A DNA stretch of 64,000 nucleotides, taken from the NCBI GenBank assembly GCA_963664305.2, contig CAXXLV010000001.1:936458-1000457 (forward strand), in the 5' to 3' direction. Position numbers and translations under genes: made by a program. The notes beneath the pieces were generated by a model. That model saw only the letters and a list, made by a program, of their open reading frames with translations, searched no databases and was not told the DNA's origin. Positions 1 to 9,828 of the stretch are shown here, one piece after another (within the stretch, counting starts at the first letter, position 1; every line of letters starts with the position of its first letter). The stretch comes from an uncultured Aliarcobacter sp. (GTDB lineage Bacteria; Campylobacterota; Campylobacteria; Campylobacterales; Arcobacteraceae).

Positions 1-443
1 GCCATTCTAATAAAATAGATAGAATCATTTAATGTAATCTTTTTTGCAATATACAATAAATCTTTTTTTAGTGTTTCTGATGTTCTTGTATCTTTACCTA
101 AACCTACATTTCTAGCTTGAATAATTTCAACTCTATTTGCATGATTTTTTATTTGTGATAAATCTTTATCACTTTCAGCAATTACATTACCTTTTTCATC
201 AATTATTGTAATTCGTAAGTTTAGTTCAGTATGTAAATCTTTTACTATAGTTCTTATATTTTCAATATTATTGAAATTTTTTAAAAGAATTGATAATGTA
301 TCAATATTTTGAATAAGGTTTTTTTCTATTTGATTTAAATAAAGATTTTTTGCCCAAAAATATGTAACTAAAGTAAGTGTAATTAAAATAGCAGCAAATA
401 TAGTTATATATGTTCTTAAAAAGACTTGATGAATTTTTAACAA
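1..443 (-). CDS. phoR: PhoR-like sensor histidine kinase, N-terminal part (runs off the window)
   Basis: Not in the ORF track. Manual translation from TTG at 443 gives MLKIHQVFLRTYITIFAAILITLTLVTYFWAK...LRITIIDEKGNVIAESD...NHANRVEI, open to the window edge. It has a TM helix plus sensor domain and overlaps the regulator's stop codon. Confidence 0.75.
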   Translation of the reverse strand, partial: MLKIHQVFLRTYITIFAAILITLTLVTYFWAKNLYLNQIEKNLIQNIDTLSILLKNFNNIENIRTIVKDLHTELNLRITIIDEKGNVIAESDKDLSQIKNHANRVEIIQARNVGLGKDTRTSETLKKDLLYIAKKITLNDSIYFIRM

Positions 444-1111
444 AAAATATAACCTTCTCCTCTAATTGAACGAATATAATCTTTTTCGCCATTAGGGTCA
501 ATTTTAGCTTTTAATCTTTTAATTGCAACATTTACAGTTTTTTCTTTTTTATCAAAAGAATCTTCCCAAACTTTATTTAATAAATGTTCTCTAGTCATCA
601 AAATATCTTTGTTTTTTATAAATTCTAAAAGTAAATCATGTTCAAGATGAGTTAATTCTATCTCTTTATCATCAATAAAAAATTTTTTATTTGCTGATTT
701 ATAAACTATATCTTTAACTTTAAGTACATCAACTTCTTTTGAGCTTCTTTTTATAACAGCTTTTATTCTTGCACATAACTCTTTTAGATTAAAAGGTTTA
801 GTTATATAATCATCAGCATGAGAATCAAAACCTTCTATAATATCTTCATCGTCATCTTTTGCTGTTACATAAATCACAGGATTTGAGTAACCTTGTTTTT
901 TGATTTCATTTATAAAAGTTGTTCCTTCTATTCCAGGAAGATTTCTGTCCATTAAGATTAAGTCAATTTGTTCTTCATCTAAAACTTTTCTTACATTTTT
1001 ATCTACAGTTAAAAAACCAATGGTTTCATACCCTTCTTTTTGAAGAGTGTATTCAAGTAGTTCTAAAATATCTTCTTCATCTTCAACAATTAAAATAAGT
1101 TTGTTATTCAT
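437..1111 (-). CDS. phoB: OmpR/PhoB-family response regulator
   Basis: Receiver domain (VEDE, LMD, TKPF) plus winged helix (SIRGEGY); lies in the pst/phoU cluster. Confidence 0.8.
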   Translation of the reverse strand: MNNKLILIVEDEEDILELLEYTLQKEGYETIGFLTVDKNVRKVLDEEQIDLILMDRNLPGIEGTTFINEIKKQGYSNPVIYVTAKDDDEDIIEGFDSHADDYITKPFNLKELCARIKAVIKRSSKEVDVLKVKDIVYKSANKKFFIDDKEIELTHLEHDLLLEFIKNKDILMTREHLLNKVWEDSFDKKEKTVNVAIKRLKAKIDPNGEKDYIRSIRGEGYIFC

Positions 1112-1553
1112 CTGGTGTTGACTCTCTTGTAGTTACGATTTTTTTATTAGGTCTGTCATCCTCATATTCAATAACAGTATCTTTAGAAATTTTTATAATT
1201 CCAGGAGAGAATTTAATAGCAAGAATTCTAAACATAAAAAATACAAAAATTACAAATAATAAGAAAGTAATATCAAAGTAATCTCTATTTTTGTTTGTTG
1301 TTAAGATAATAACGTCACGTATTAAGAAGATGATAAAAATATCAATAATATATCTAAGTCGTAAAGTCTCTTTTTTGATAAAATCAGAAACCATTTTTAC
1401 AACTTCCATAATAACAATAAATTCTAACATAAGAATAATTGCCTTGTAAAATTCTTTACCTGAAGCTATTATTCCAATGAAAATTATTGTTCCAGCAAGA
1501 ACTTCAAAGTTAGTGCTAAAATACTCTTTTATCTTATTGATTGCCTTTTTCAT
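1104..1553 (-). CDS. PsiE-family membrane protein
   Basis: Four hydrophobic segments, LEF..IMEV and IIFLIR motifs, phosphate-operon context. Confidence 0.65.
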   Translation of the reverse strand: MKKAINKIKEYFSTNFEVLAGTIIFIGIIASGKEFYKAIILMLEFIVIMEVVKMVSDFIKKETLRLRYIIDIFIIFLIRDVIILTTNKNRDYFDITFLLFVIFVFFMFRILAIKFSPGIIKISKDTVIEYEDDRPNKKIVTTRESTPDE

Positions 1554-1574
1554 GTGAAAAGTATATCATAAAAA

Positions 1575-2243
1575 TTATGATTGTACTATATCTCCTCCAA
1601 TCTGAGCAAATTGTAATAAGTTAGCAATAGATACAGCTCTATCAGCTATTTTTTCTAATCTTCTAAGAGCACTTAATGTATCAAAATACTCTTTTGATAA
1701 ATCTAATTTTTTAGTAATTAATTTTAAAATATTTTTTTCAATCATTAAATATAAATCATCAGTTTTACTCTCTTCAACAATAACTCTATGATATTTTTCT
1801 TCAATATGAGCTGCACTTGTTTCATCAATAATTGAAATTGATGTTTTTAAAGATAAAAGGGCAGATTTTAATAATGGAACAGCATATTCTAAAATCATTG
1901 GAGTGTTTAAATCTTCCGAATATGATTTTTTGAACATTTTTGCGAAATCTTTTGCATTTGAACCTGTTCTTACAAGTTCATTTGTGATTTTTAAAAATGA
2001 AACTAATTGTCTTAAATCTTTTGCTTCAGGTGAATAAAGTGCTAGAGTTGTAACAATGATGTTATCAATTTCATTTGATTTAATAAGAAGTTTTTTCTCT
2101 GTAATTTCTACATTTTTTAAATCTTCTATTTTTCTTTCTTCTAAAGCTTTTAAACAAATTTCTAAAGCTTCAACAACATCAACACCAATTTTTAATATCT
2201 CATCTTTGATATTTTGTAATTTTATTTCGTAAGGTTTTAACAT
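1575..2243 (-). CDS. phoU: Phosphate signalling protein PhoU
   Basis: SPEAKDLR, ELVR, LEKIADRA duplicated PhoU motifs; directly after pstB. Confidence 0.9.
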   Translation of the reverse strand: MLKPYEIKLQNIKDEILKIGVDVVEALEICLKALEERKIEDLKNVEITEKKLLIKSNEIDNIIVTTLALYSPEAKDLRQLVSFLKITNELVRTGSNAKDFAKMFKKSYSEDLNTPMILEYAVPLLKSALLSLKTSISIIDETSAAHIEEKYHRVIVEESKTDDLYLMIEKNILKLITKKLDLSKEYFDTLSALRRLEKIADRAVSIANLLQFAQIGGDIVQS

Positions 2244-3016
2244 TATCCAAATCTCCCTGTAATATAATCTTCTGTTTTTTTATTGTGCGGATTAACAAAA
2301 ATAGTTTCTGTTTCATCGTACTCGATTAACTTTCCAAGATGGAAAAAGGCAGTGTAGTCTGCTACCCTAGCAGCTTGTTGCATATTGTGAGTTACCGTAA
2401 TAATTGTATAATCTTGTTTTAATTCAAGCATTAAAGCTTCAATTTTTTCTGTACTTATTGGGTCAAGTGCAGATGTTGGTTCATCCATTAATATAACTTC
2501 AGGTCTAACTGCAATTGTTCTTGCAATACAAAGTCTTTGTTGTTGACCTCCACTAAGTGAAGTTCCAGGTTGAGTTAATTTATCTTTTACTTCATTCCAA
2601 AGTCCTGATTTAATTAAAGAAGTTTCAACTAATTCATCACACTCTTTACCTTTTTTTACAATCCCATGTTTTAAAGGTGCATATGCAACATTGTCATAGA
2701 TTGATTTTGGAAAAGGATTTGGTTGTTGAAATACCATTCCAATTTTTTTTCTAACACTTACTTCATCAACATCTTTATCATAGATGTTTTTATTGTCAAT
2801 AATTATTGAACCATCAATTTTTACTATTGGAATTAAATCATTCATTCTATTGATACATCTTAAAAATGTAGATTTTCCACAACCAGATGGTCCAATTAAA
2901 GCTGTAATTTTGTTTTCATATAAATTTGCAGTAATATCATATAAAGCTTGATTTGAACCATAAAAAAGATTTAGGTTTCTTACATCAATTTTAGTTTTAT
3001 TTTCATTTGCTATCAT
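2243..3016 (-). CDS. pstB: Phosphate ABC transporter ATPase
   Basis: [32 protein letters not shown]. Start placed at ATG 3016, after an AAGGA RBS, rather than 3034. Confidence 0.95.
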   Translation of the reverse strand: MIANENKTKIDVRNLNLFYGSNQALYDITANLYENKITALIGPSGCGKSTFLRCINRMNDLIPIVKIDGSIIIDNKNIYDKDVDEVSVRKKIGMVFQQPNPFPKSIYDNVAYAPLKHGIVKKGKECDELVETSLIKSGLWNEVKDKLTQPGTSLSGGQQQRLCIARTIAVRPEVILMDEPTSALDPISTEKIEALMLELKQDYTIITVTHNMQQAARVADYTAFFHLGKLIEYDETETIFVNPHNKKTEDYITGRFG

Positions 3017-3027
3017 AAATTTTCCTT

Positions 3028-4215
3028 TTACCATTTCACTTCTAATTTTTTTCTAAGATAAATTGCAATTGCATTTAGTGAAATTAATATTGTTAATAAC
3101 ACCATAATTCCAGCTGCTGTTTTTTCTATATACATACCTTCTGGCATTCCAGCCCACGTAAATAATTGTGCTGGCATTACTGTTGCTGCTTGCGTTACCA
3201 TACTTGGAGCATCAGGTATAAATGCAATCATTCCAATGATGATTAAAGGAGCAGTTTCTCCCATCGCTTGTGCTAAACCAATAATTGAACCTGTTAAAAC
3301 ACCAGGAAATGCCAATGGTAAAACATGGTCTTTTGTAACTTGAATTTTATTTAATCCTAGTCCATAACCAGCTTGTCTTATACTATCTGGAACGGCTCTT
3401 AGTGCTGCCCTTGAACTTACAATAATAATTGGTAAAGTCATAAGTGCAAGAGTTAAACCTCCAACAAGTGGTGAACTTCTAGGCATTCCAAAAAGATTAA
3501 TAAAAATTGCTAGACCTAAAAGACCGAATAATATTGATGGAATAGCTGCTAGGTTATTGATGTTTATTTCAATAAATCTTGTAAATTTATTATCACCTGC
3601 AAACTCTTCTAGGTAAATAGCTGTCATAACTCCAATTGGGAATGCAACAAGCATAGTAATAATTAAAGTTAAAACAGAACCAATAATCGCTGAATAAAGT
3701 CCTGCATATTCTGGAATTTTTGAATCACCATTTGTGAAGAATATTGCATTAAATCTTTTTTCAATTAGACCTTGTGCGTATAATTCATCAACAAGTATAA
3801 TTTCTTTATCACTCAATTTATGATTATGACCTTTTAAATATTGGTCAACTTGGTCATCTGCTAATACCCATAAGTTTTGAGTTGTATTTTCATATTGAGG
3901 ATTATTTTTTAATAAAGTTGGTAAATCTCTTAACCAAGCTCTTGAAATAATATCTCTATATTCTCTTTTTACTGCAAATCTTGAATCGTTTATTGATTTC
4001 TCATTAAAAACAACATCAGTTTTTATATAAGCAATTTTAAATGCAGGAACACCTTTTCCTACAATGTCAAAAAGAAAAAATGCTAAAAATGCAATTGAAA
4101 AGATTAAAGAAGTTAAAGTAAACTTTTTAAATCTTGCCGCACTTGTATGTCTCTTTTTTAATGATGGATCATAAAATGGATTGTGTTGTTTATTTTTATT
4201 TTTTCGTTTTATCAT
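3028..4215 (-). CDS. pstA: Phosphate ABC permease
   Basis: [19 protein letters not shown] motifs. Confidence 0.93.
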   Translation of the reverse strand: MIKRKNKNKQHNPFYDPSLKKRHTSAARFKKFTLTSLIFSIAFLAFFLFDIVGKGVPAFKIAYIKTDVVFNEKSINDSRFAVKREYRDIISRAWLRDLPTLLKNNPQYENTTQNLWVLADDQVDQYLKGHNHKLSDKEIILVDELYAQGLIEKRFNAIFFTNGDSKIPEYAGLYSAIIGSVLTLIITMLVAFPIGVMTAIYLEEFAGDNKFTRFIEININNLAAIPSILFGLLGLAIFINLFGMPRSSPLVGGLTLALMTLPIIIVSSRAALRAVPDSIRQAGYGLGLNKIQVTKDHVLPLAFPGVLTGSIIGLAQAMGETAPLIIIGMIAFIPDAPSMVTQAATVMPAQLFTWAGMPEGMYIEKTAAGIMVLLTILISLNAIAIYLRKKLEVKW

Positions 4216-5141
4216 AATGTGTTCACTTTATATTTTTCTTTAAATTTTCTTATTAGTGATAATGAAATCATATTTAATATTAGAGTTACTACAAATAGTA
4301 CTAAACCTAAGGCAAAAGCTGAAAGTGTTTCAGGAGAGTTAAATTCAAAATCTCCTACTAAAGCATTTACTATTGTAACTGTTACAGTTGTCATATCTTC
4401 AAGTGGATTCCATGAAAGATTTGGTCTTAAACCTGCAGCCATAACAACAATCATTGTTTCTCCTAATGCTTTTGATAAAGCAAGTAAAGATGCAGAGATA
4501 ATTCCTGGCATTGCTGATGGTAAAACAATATTTTTAATTGTCTCTCCATGTGTCATTCCAAGACCAAAAGCAGCTTTTCTTTGGCTATCTGGAACAGCTC
4601 GAATAACATCATCAGATAAAGATGAAATAACAGGAATAATCATAATTCCCATTACAATTCCAGAAGCTAATGCACTATTAAATGTTGCTTCTAAACCAAA
4701 AAATTCAGCAATTTTTACAACTAAAGGAGCAACTGTAATTGCAGCAAAGAAACCATATACAACAGTTGGAATACCTGCAAGAACTTCAAGCATTGGTTTT
4801 AAATAATCTCTTAATTTAGGACTTGCATATTCGCTCATGTAAATGGCACTTCCAAGACCAATTGGTATAGCAACACCAAGTGCAATAATTGTTATTACAA
4901 ATGTTCCAGTAAATATTGGAAGAGCTCCAAATTGGCTTCCTACAACACCTGGACTCCAAACTGTACCTGTGATAAAATACCAAAAGCTTCGAAGTTTAAA
5001 GAATTCAATTGCTTCGAAAAGAATTGAAAATAAAATACCAAAAGTAGTTAAAATTGATATTGCAGCAGCGCAAATAAGTCCAATTTTAATTAGTTTTTCA
5101 TTAAATTCTCTTTGTTTTTTTCTTGATTCAAAAGTGCTCAA
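4212..5141 (-). CDS. pstC: Phosphate ABC permease
   Basis: LAGIPTVVYG and ALGETM motifs; TTG start. Confidence 0.93.
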   Translation of the reverse strand: MSTFESRKKQREFNEKLIKIGLICAAAISILTTFGILFSILFEAIEFFKLRSFWYFITGTVWSPGVVGSQFGALPIFTGTFVITIIALGVAIPIGLGSAIYMSEYASPKLRDYLKPMLEVLAGIPTVVYGFFAAITVAPLVVKIAEFFGLEATFNSALASGIVMGIMIIPVISSLSDDVIRAVPDSQRKAAFGLGMTHGETIKNIVLPSAMPGIISASLLALSKALGETMIVVMAAGLRPNLSWNPLEDMTTVTVTIVNALVGDFEFNSPETLSAFALGLVLFVVTLILNMISLSLIRKFKEKYKVNTL

Positions 5142-5172
5142 TACTTTTGCCTTTATATTAAATTTTGGTGAA

Positions 5173-5204
5173 ATTCTAAATGAAGTTGGTTACAGTATGG
5201 TTAC
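5173..5204 (-). promoter_or_regulatory. Putative pho box plus -10 upstream of pstC
   Basis: Minus strand GTAACC-N5-GTAACC (5204-5188), 9 nt, then TAGAAT (5178-5173); same layout as upstream of pstS. Confidence 0.65.
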
Positions 5205-6931
5205 AGAACACTAGATATAGGTTCTTTAGAACCTTTTGAAGCTTTTTTAAGAATATTTAATGTGTTATCAAAATTGGATATATTTGATTTGGAGTTAATC
5301 TCTATAATTGCAGAAGAAACAGATAATAAGTCAAATCTTCTTTCCATATTGAATCTATCTTTTGCAATAATGTATCCATTATCTTTATCTTTTTTTGTGT
5401 AGATATTTTTTGCACTATTTCTAAATTCTTCTTGAACTAAAGAAGTTAAACTATAAACTTCTTTATATTCATAATTTTTAAGTCCAACAAAAAAATCATC
5501 TCCACCAATATGAGCAATAAATGCATCTTTTGGATAACGTTTTTGTAATAATTCTGAGAAAATTAATATTGCTCTGTCACCTTGTCTAAACCCATAAATA
5601 TCATTAAATGGTTTAAAATCATTAAAGTCAAAATATATTATGTGAGTAATTGTTTTTTGATTCTTTCTTAATGTTTTATCAATAAACTTTTCTATTTGAT
5701 TATTACCTGGAAGTTTTGTAAGTGGATTTTGATTTGTTGCAATTTCAATATTTCTTTTATATGATAATGTTAATAAAGAATTTAAATTTATAAAACCTTT
5801 ATATTTCCCTGATTTAGTGATAAATATACCTAAAGAATTTTTTGAATTAAGATTAAAAGTTTCTAGTATTTTATCAATACCCCAAGATATTTCAACATTT
5901 AAAGCAGGTTTGATATATTTAACTAAAGTTGACGAAAAAGTTTTATTTTGTGCTAAAGACATACCGTATTGTGAATATGATATTTTTTTGATATCAGTTT
6001 CATAGATTATTCCTAAAAAGTTTTCAAATTCATCTATAATTGGTACAAAATTGTTTTTTGTATCTTCTTTAAAGTGAACAAATAGATCATACAACGTAGT
6101 ATTAATACTTAAAGGAACAATTTCTTCAATAAATTCGTCATCAATAAAAGTATTATTACTTATTCTTTTATCTTCATTTATAAGACTGATTATATTTAAA
6201 TAATTGCTTGTAATATCTTTATGATTTTGAGTTGGTCTTTGAACTAAATACCCTTGAATAAAATCTGCTCCAATGTCTTTACAAGTGTAAAACTCTTTTT
6301 CAGTTTCAATACCCTCTGCAACAACTAACATTCCCATTATATGAGCCATTTCGATAATTGATGAACAAAAAAGTTTTTTCTTTGAATCATGGTCGATGTT
6401 TGTTACAAAGAATCTATCAAGTTTTATGATTTTTGCTTCACTAAAATATAAAAGTTTTAAACCAGATACTCCAATACCAAAATCATCTATTGCAATAGAG
6501 TAACCACTATCTCTATATTTTTGAATCATAGTTGAAAGTGCATTTTGCTCGATGGCAGTACCTTTTTCACTTAATTCAAAACATACTCTATCTTTATTTA
6601 AATTATATTTTTTTAGGATTTTTGCAGTGTTACCTTGTGAATATTGTTTATTATAAATTATTCTATTATCAAGGTTATAAAATAATTTTAAATTATCAAT
6701 ATTAATTTGTGAAAATTTACTAATTGCTTTTTCTCTTAATTGTAAATCTAATTCATATAAATAATCATCATTAAATGCTAAATTAAATAAATCATCAATA
6801 GAGTTAAGTCCAGGAACAAGTTGTACATTTCTTAAAAGTGCCTCAACGGCATAAATCTTACCACTATGTGAATAGATGATAGGCTGAAAAGCATAATCAA
6901 GTTTATTTATAATTTCAGTCCAATTTGGCAT
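5201..6931 (-). CDS. EAL - CBS-like - GGDEF c-di-GMP turnover protein
   Basis: FQPI, VEALLR, DDFG, VAEGIE, QGY (EAL); VPIIDE..FLGII (CBS-like); NPLTKLPG, FKPFND.YG, GGDDF (GGDEF). Confidence 0.9.
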   Translation of the reverse strand: MPNWTEIINKLDYAFQPIIYSHSGKIYAVEALLRNVQLVPGLNSIDDLFNLAFNDDYLYELDLQLREKAISKFSQINIDNLKLFYNLDNRIIYNKQYSQGNTAKILKKYNLNKDRVCFELSEKGTAIEQNALSTMIQKYRDSGYSIAIDDFGIGVSGLKLLYFSEAKIIKLDRFFVTNIDHDSKKKLFCSSIIEMAHIMGMLVVAEGIETEKEFYTCKDIGADFIQGYLVQRPTQNHKDITSNYLNIISLINEDKRISNNTFIDDEFIEEIVPLSINTTLYDLFVHFKEDTKNNFVPIIDEFENFLGIIYETDIKKISYSQYGMSLAQNKTFSSTLVKYIKPALNVEISWGIDKILETFNLNSKNSLGIFITKSGKYKGFINLNSLLTLSYKRNIEIATNQNPLTKLPGNNQIEKFIDKTLRKNQKTITHIIYFDFNDFKPFNDIYGFRQGDRAILIFSELLQKRYPKDAFIAHIGGDDFFVGLKNYEYKEVYSLTSLVQEEFRNSAKNIYTKKDKDNGYIIAKDRFNMERRFDLLSVSSAIIEINSKSNISNFDNTLNILKKASKGSKEPISSVL

Positions 6932-6947
6932 AGTTATCCTAAGTAAA

Positions 6948-7009
6948 ATTTCATTACAAAGTTTTTACCTCTTTGTTCGCGTTAACAGGTAAAAACTTTA
7001 TAATGAAAT
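6948..7009 (-). other. 23-bp intergenic stem-loop between pstS and the c-di-GMP gene
   Basis: Arms 6948-6970 and 6987-7009 are complementary; the one mismatch is a U-G wobble in the minus-strand transcript. Confidence 0.7.
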
Positions 7010-7020
7010 CTGTGAATTTA

Positions 7021-7054
7021 AAAAAGATAAGAAGGAAGATTTACTTCCTTCTTA
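7021..7054 (-). terminator. Intrinsic terminator after pstS
   Basis: TAAGAAGGAAG-5 nt-CTTCCTTCTTA, followed by TCTTTTTT on the minus strand. Confidence 0.7.
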
Positions 7055-7058
7055 AAAA

Positions 7059-8114
7059 TTAATGTTTTAAAGACTCTAAAGTTACTTTTTCGTTGTTCAT
7101 AACTTTAGTTCTAGCTGCTGCTCTTACATCTTCAGTTAATGTTACAAGTCCAAGTTCAGTTAAAATACCATCAGTACCAATCATTTTTTCAGACATAAAT
7201 AAGTTTGTATACTCTTTTAATGCTGGAACTTCACTTGCGTGTTGGTTTTTGATATAGAAATACATAGATCTTGCAATTGGGTATTTACCAGATGAAATTG
7301 TTTCAACAGTTGGCATAGTATTTTCGATACTTAATCCAACAACTTTATCTTTGTTTTCTTCTAAAAATGAATATCCAAAGATACCAATAGCTGCTTCATT
7401 TTTAGTTAATTTTTGAACGATTAAGTTGTCGTTTTCACCAGACTCTACATAAACACCATCTGTTCTGATTATAGAGTATGCTTTATATTTTTTGTTTGCA
7501 GTTTCATCAGCTTTGAATAAATCTGTATAAACAGCCATTTTTTCAAATACATGTTGCATTACTAATTCTTCAAATGAATCTCTTGTTCCAGAAGATTTTG
7601 GTGGTCCATAAACGATAATTTCTCTATTTGGTAAAGATGCATCAATATCTGACCATTTTTTATAAGGATTTTTAATTAATGATTTTCCATCTTTTGAAGG
7701 AACTTCTTCAGCAACAGCTAAAGCTAATTGTTCTTTAGTTACGTTGAAACCTTTAACTTTTGCAGATTGTGCAATAGCAATACCGTCAAATCCAATTAAT
7801 GCTTCAGTGATATCAGTTACACCATTTTCTTCACACATTTTGAATTCTTTATCTTTCATTCTTCTTGAAGCATTAGTGATATCTGGAGTATTTAAATCAA
7901 CACCAGCACAAAATAATTTCATACCTCCACCAGTACCAGTTGATTCAACAACAGGAGTAGGGAATTTTGTAGTTGCACCAAATTCTTCAGCTACTGATGA
8001 TGAGAAAGGATATACAGTAGAAGAACCAACAATTTTAATTTGATCTCTTGCACTTAAAGTAGTTGCTAATAAAGCACTTGCAATTAAAGCCATAGATGTT
8101 TTTTTGAAAGTCAT
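7059..8114 (-). CDS. pstS: Phosphate ABC substrate-binding protein
   Basis: Signal peptide, GSSTVYP, GTGGG, NASR, SGTRD motifs. Confidence 0.93.
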   Translation of the reverse strand: MTFKKTSMALIASALLATTLSARDQIKIVGSSTVYPFSSSVAEEFGATTKFPTPVVESTGTGGGMKLFCAGVDLNTPDITNASRRMKDKEFKMCEENGVTDITEALIGFDGIAIAQSAKVKGFNVTKEQLALAVAEEVPSKDGKSLIKNPYKKWSDIDASLPNREIIVYGPPKSSGTRDSFEELVMQHVFEKMAVYTDLFKADETANKKYKAYSIIRTDGVYVESGENDNLIVQKLTKNEAAIGIFGYSFLEENKDKVVGLSIENTMPTVETISSGKYPIARSMYFYIKNQHASEVPALKEYTNLFMSEKMIGTDGILTELGLVTLTEDVRAAARTKVMNNEKVTLESLKH

Positions 8115-8145
8115 TTTTATCTCCGATAATTTTTTTTACCGTGAA

Positions 8146-8177
8146 AGTTTAATGATTGTTGGTTACATTTCGGTTAC
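8146..8177 (-). promoter_or_regulatory. Putative pho box plus -10 upstream of pstS
   Basis: Minus strand GTAACC-N5-GTAACC (8177-8161), 9 nt, then TAAACT (8151-8146). Confidence 0.65.
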
Positions 8178-8189
8178 TATAAAGAATAG

Positions 8190-8378
8190 TTAGTTTAGAT
8201 GTTTAATAAATTTTTCTTCAAATTCTTGGTAAGTTCTTACGAAAAGTTCTTCGTCATCTTCAGGTTTATAAATAACTGCTTTTACCCAAATGTCATTTTC
8301 TTGTATCTTGCAGAAATTTAAAGGAATATAAGATTTTTTATTTTTGTAGTGAATATAAGTTGTATTTAGTTCTATCAT
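8190..8378 (-). CDS. Small DUF1653-like protein
   Basis: Y.HYK..Y, VIY, LFVR...F..KF pattern. Confidence 0.65.
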   Translation of the reverse strand: MIELNTTYIHYKNKKSYIPLNFCKIQENDIWVKAVIYKPEDDEELFVRTYQEFEEKFIKHLN

Positions 8379-8398
8379 GTAAAAAAAAAGCTAATGGA

Positions 8399-9466
8399 TT
8401 ATAATCCATTAGCCTCGATAAGTTTAGATTGATGATCAGCAATAAGAGGATCAATTACTTCATCAAATAAACCATCATTCATGATGTAATCAAGTCGATA
8501 AAGAGTTAAGTTTATTCTATGATCACTGATTCTGTTTTGTGGATAATTATAAGTTCTGATTCTTCCACTTCTATCACCAGTTCCTACTTGCTCTTTTCTT
8601 GTAGCACCTTCTGCTTCCATTTTCTTTTGCATCTCAATTTCATAAAGTTTTGCTTTTAAAACTTTCATAGCTCTATCTTTATTTTTGTGTTGAGATTTTT
8701 GGTCTTGATTAGTTACTACAATTCCAGATGGAATATGAGTGATTCTAACAGCCGAGTCTGTAGTATTTACAGATTGACCACCATTTCCACTGGCTCTCAT
8801 AACATCAATTTTTAAATCATTAGGATCAATTTCAACTTCAACATCATCAACTTCAGGCATAACTGCAACTGTAATTGCTGATGTGTGAACTCTTCCTTGT
8901 GATTCAGTTGCAGGAACTCTTTGAACTCTATGTGTACCACCTTCAAATTTTAATTTTGAATAAACATGGTCACCTTTTACTAGAATTACAATTTCCTTGT
9001 ATCCACCTGATTCACTCTCACTTGAGCTCATTATTTCAACTTTCCAACCATTGTTTTCTGCATATCTTAAATAACCTCTAAACAGGTCACCAACAAATAT
9101 TGCAGCTTCATCCCCACCTGTACCAGCTCTTAATTCCAAATAGATATTTTTATCATCATTTGGATCTTTTGGAATCATTAAAAACTTAATCTCATCTTCA
9201 AGAATAGGTTTTCTTTGCTCCAATTCTTTAAGTTCTTCTTTTGCTAAATCTCCAAGTTCTGGATCATCTAACATAAGTTTATTTTCGTCAATATCGTCAA
9301 GAACTTTTATATATTCTTTAGCTTTATTAACTATAGGTTGGATGCTTGACTGTTCTTTTGAAAGTTCAGTCATTCTTTTTATATCATTTGTAATATCAGG
9401 AGCCATCAATAAATTATTGATCTCTTCATGTCTATTAATAAATGGTTGTAGTTTGTCTTTTAACAT
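8399..9466 (-). CDS. prfA: Peptide chain release factor 1
   Basis: GGQ motif, PAT tripeptide (VPATE), RTYNYPQ. Confidence 0.97.
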   Translation of the reverse strand: MLKDKLQPFINRHEEINNLLMAPDITNDIKRMTELSKEQSSIQPIVNKAKEYIKVLDDIDENKLMLDDPELGDLAKEELKELEQRKPILEDEIKFLMIPKDPNDDKNIYLELRAGTGGDEAAIFVGDLFRGYLRYAENNGWKVEIMSSSESESGGYKEIVILVKGDHVYSKLKFEGGTHRVQRVPATESQGRVHTSAITVAVMPEVDDVEVEIDPNDLKIDVMRASGNGGQSVNTTDSAVRITHIPSGIVVTNQDQKSQHKNKDRAMKVLKAKLYEIEMQKKMEAEGATRKEQVGTGDRSGRIRTYNYPQNRISDHRINLTLYRLDYIMNDGLFDEVIDPLIADHQSKLIEANGL

Positions 9467-9484
9467 ATATTTCTTTTAATAAAA

Positions 9485-9745
9485 TTATATAGCGTTAACT
9501 TTTACTTGTAATCTACTTACTCTTCTAGCAGCAGTACCTTTTTTTAGAATACCTTTAGAAACGCAGTGGTGTAAGTATTTGTTAGCTGATTTCATTGCTT
9601 CAACTGCTTTTTCTTTATCAGCAGTTTCAATTGCAGATAATACATTTTTTGTTACATTTTTGATTCTTGTTTTATAGAATCTGTTTCTTTCAGTTTTGAT
9701 TTTCGTTTGTCTAGCTCTTTTTTCGCAAGATTTGTGATTTGCCAT
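9485..9745 (-). CDS. rpsT: 30S ribosomal protein S20
   Basis: MANHKS..KR.RQ, KG.L....AAR..SRL. Confidence 0.96.
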   Translation of the reverse strand: MANHKSCEKRARQTKIKTERNRFYKTRIKNVTKNVLSAIETADKEKAVEAMKSANKYLHHCVSKGILKKGTAARRVSRLQVKVNAI

Positions 9746-9828
9746 TTTTTTTAACCTCTTTGTAAAAATTTTAAGGGTAGAATATTACCCAAAGTAACTT
9801 AAAAAAAGTTTAATTTTAGGAAGGTTTA

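Noticed and set aside
301..501. 66-aa minus-strand ORF
   Set aside because: Wrong frame; the real gene is the PhoR-like ORF starting at 443.
4183..5214. Plus-strand ORFs of 207 and 123 aa, and similar short antisense ORFs elsewhere
   Set aside because: They lie opposite well-supported conserved genes and have no motifs.
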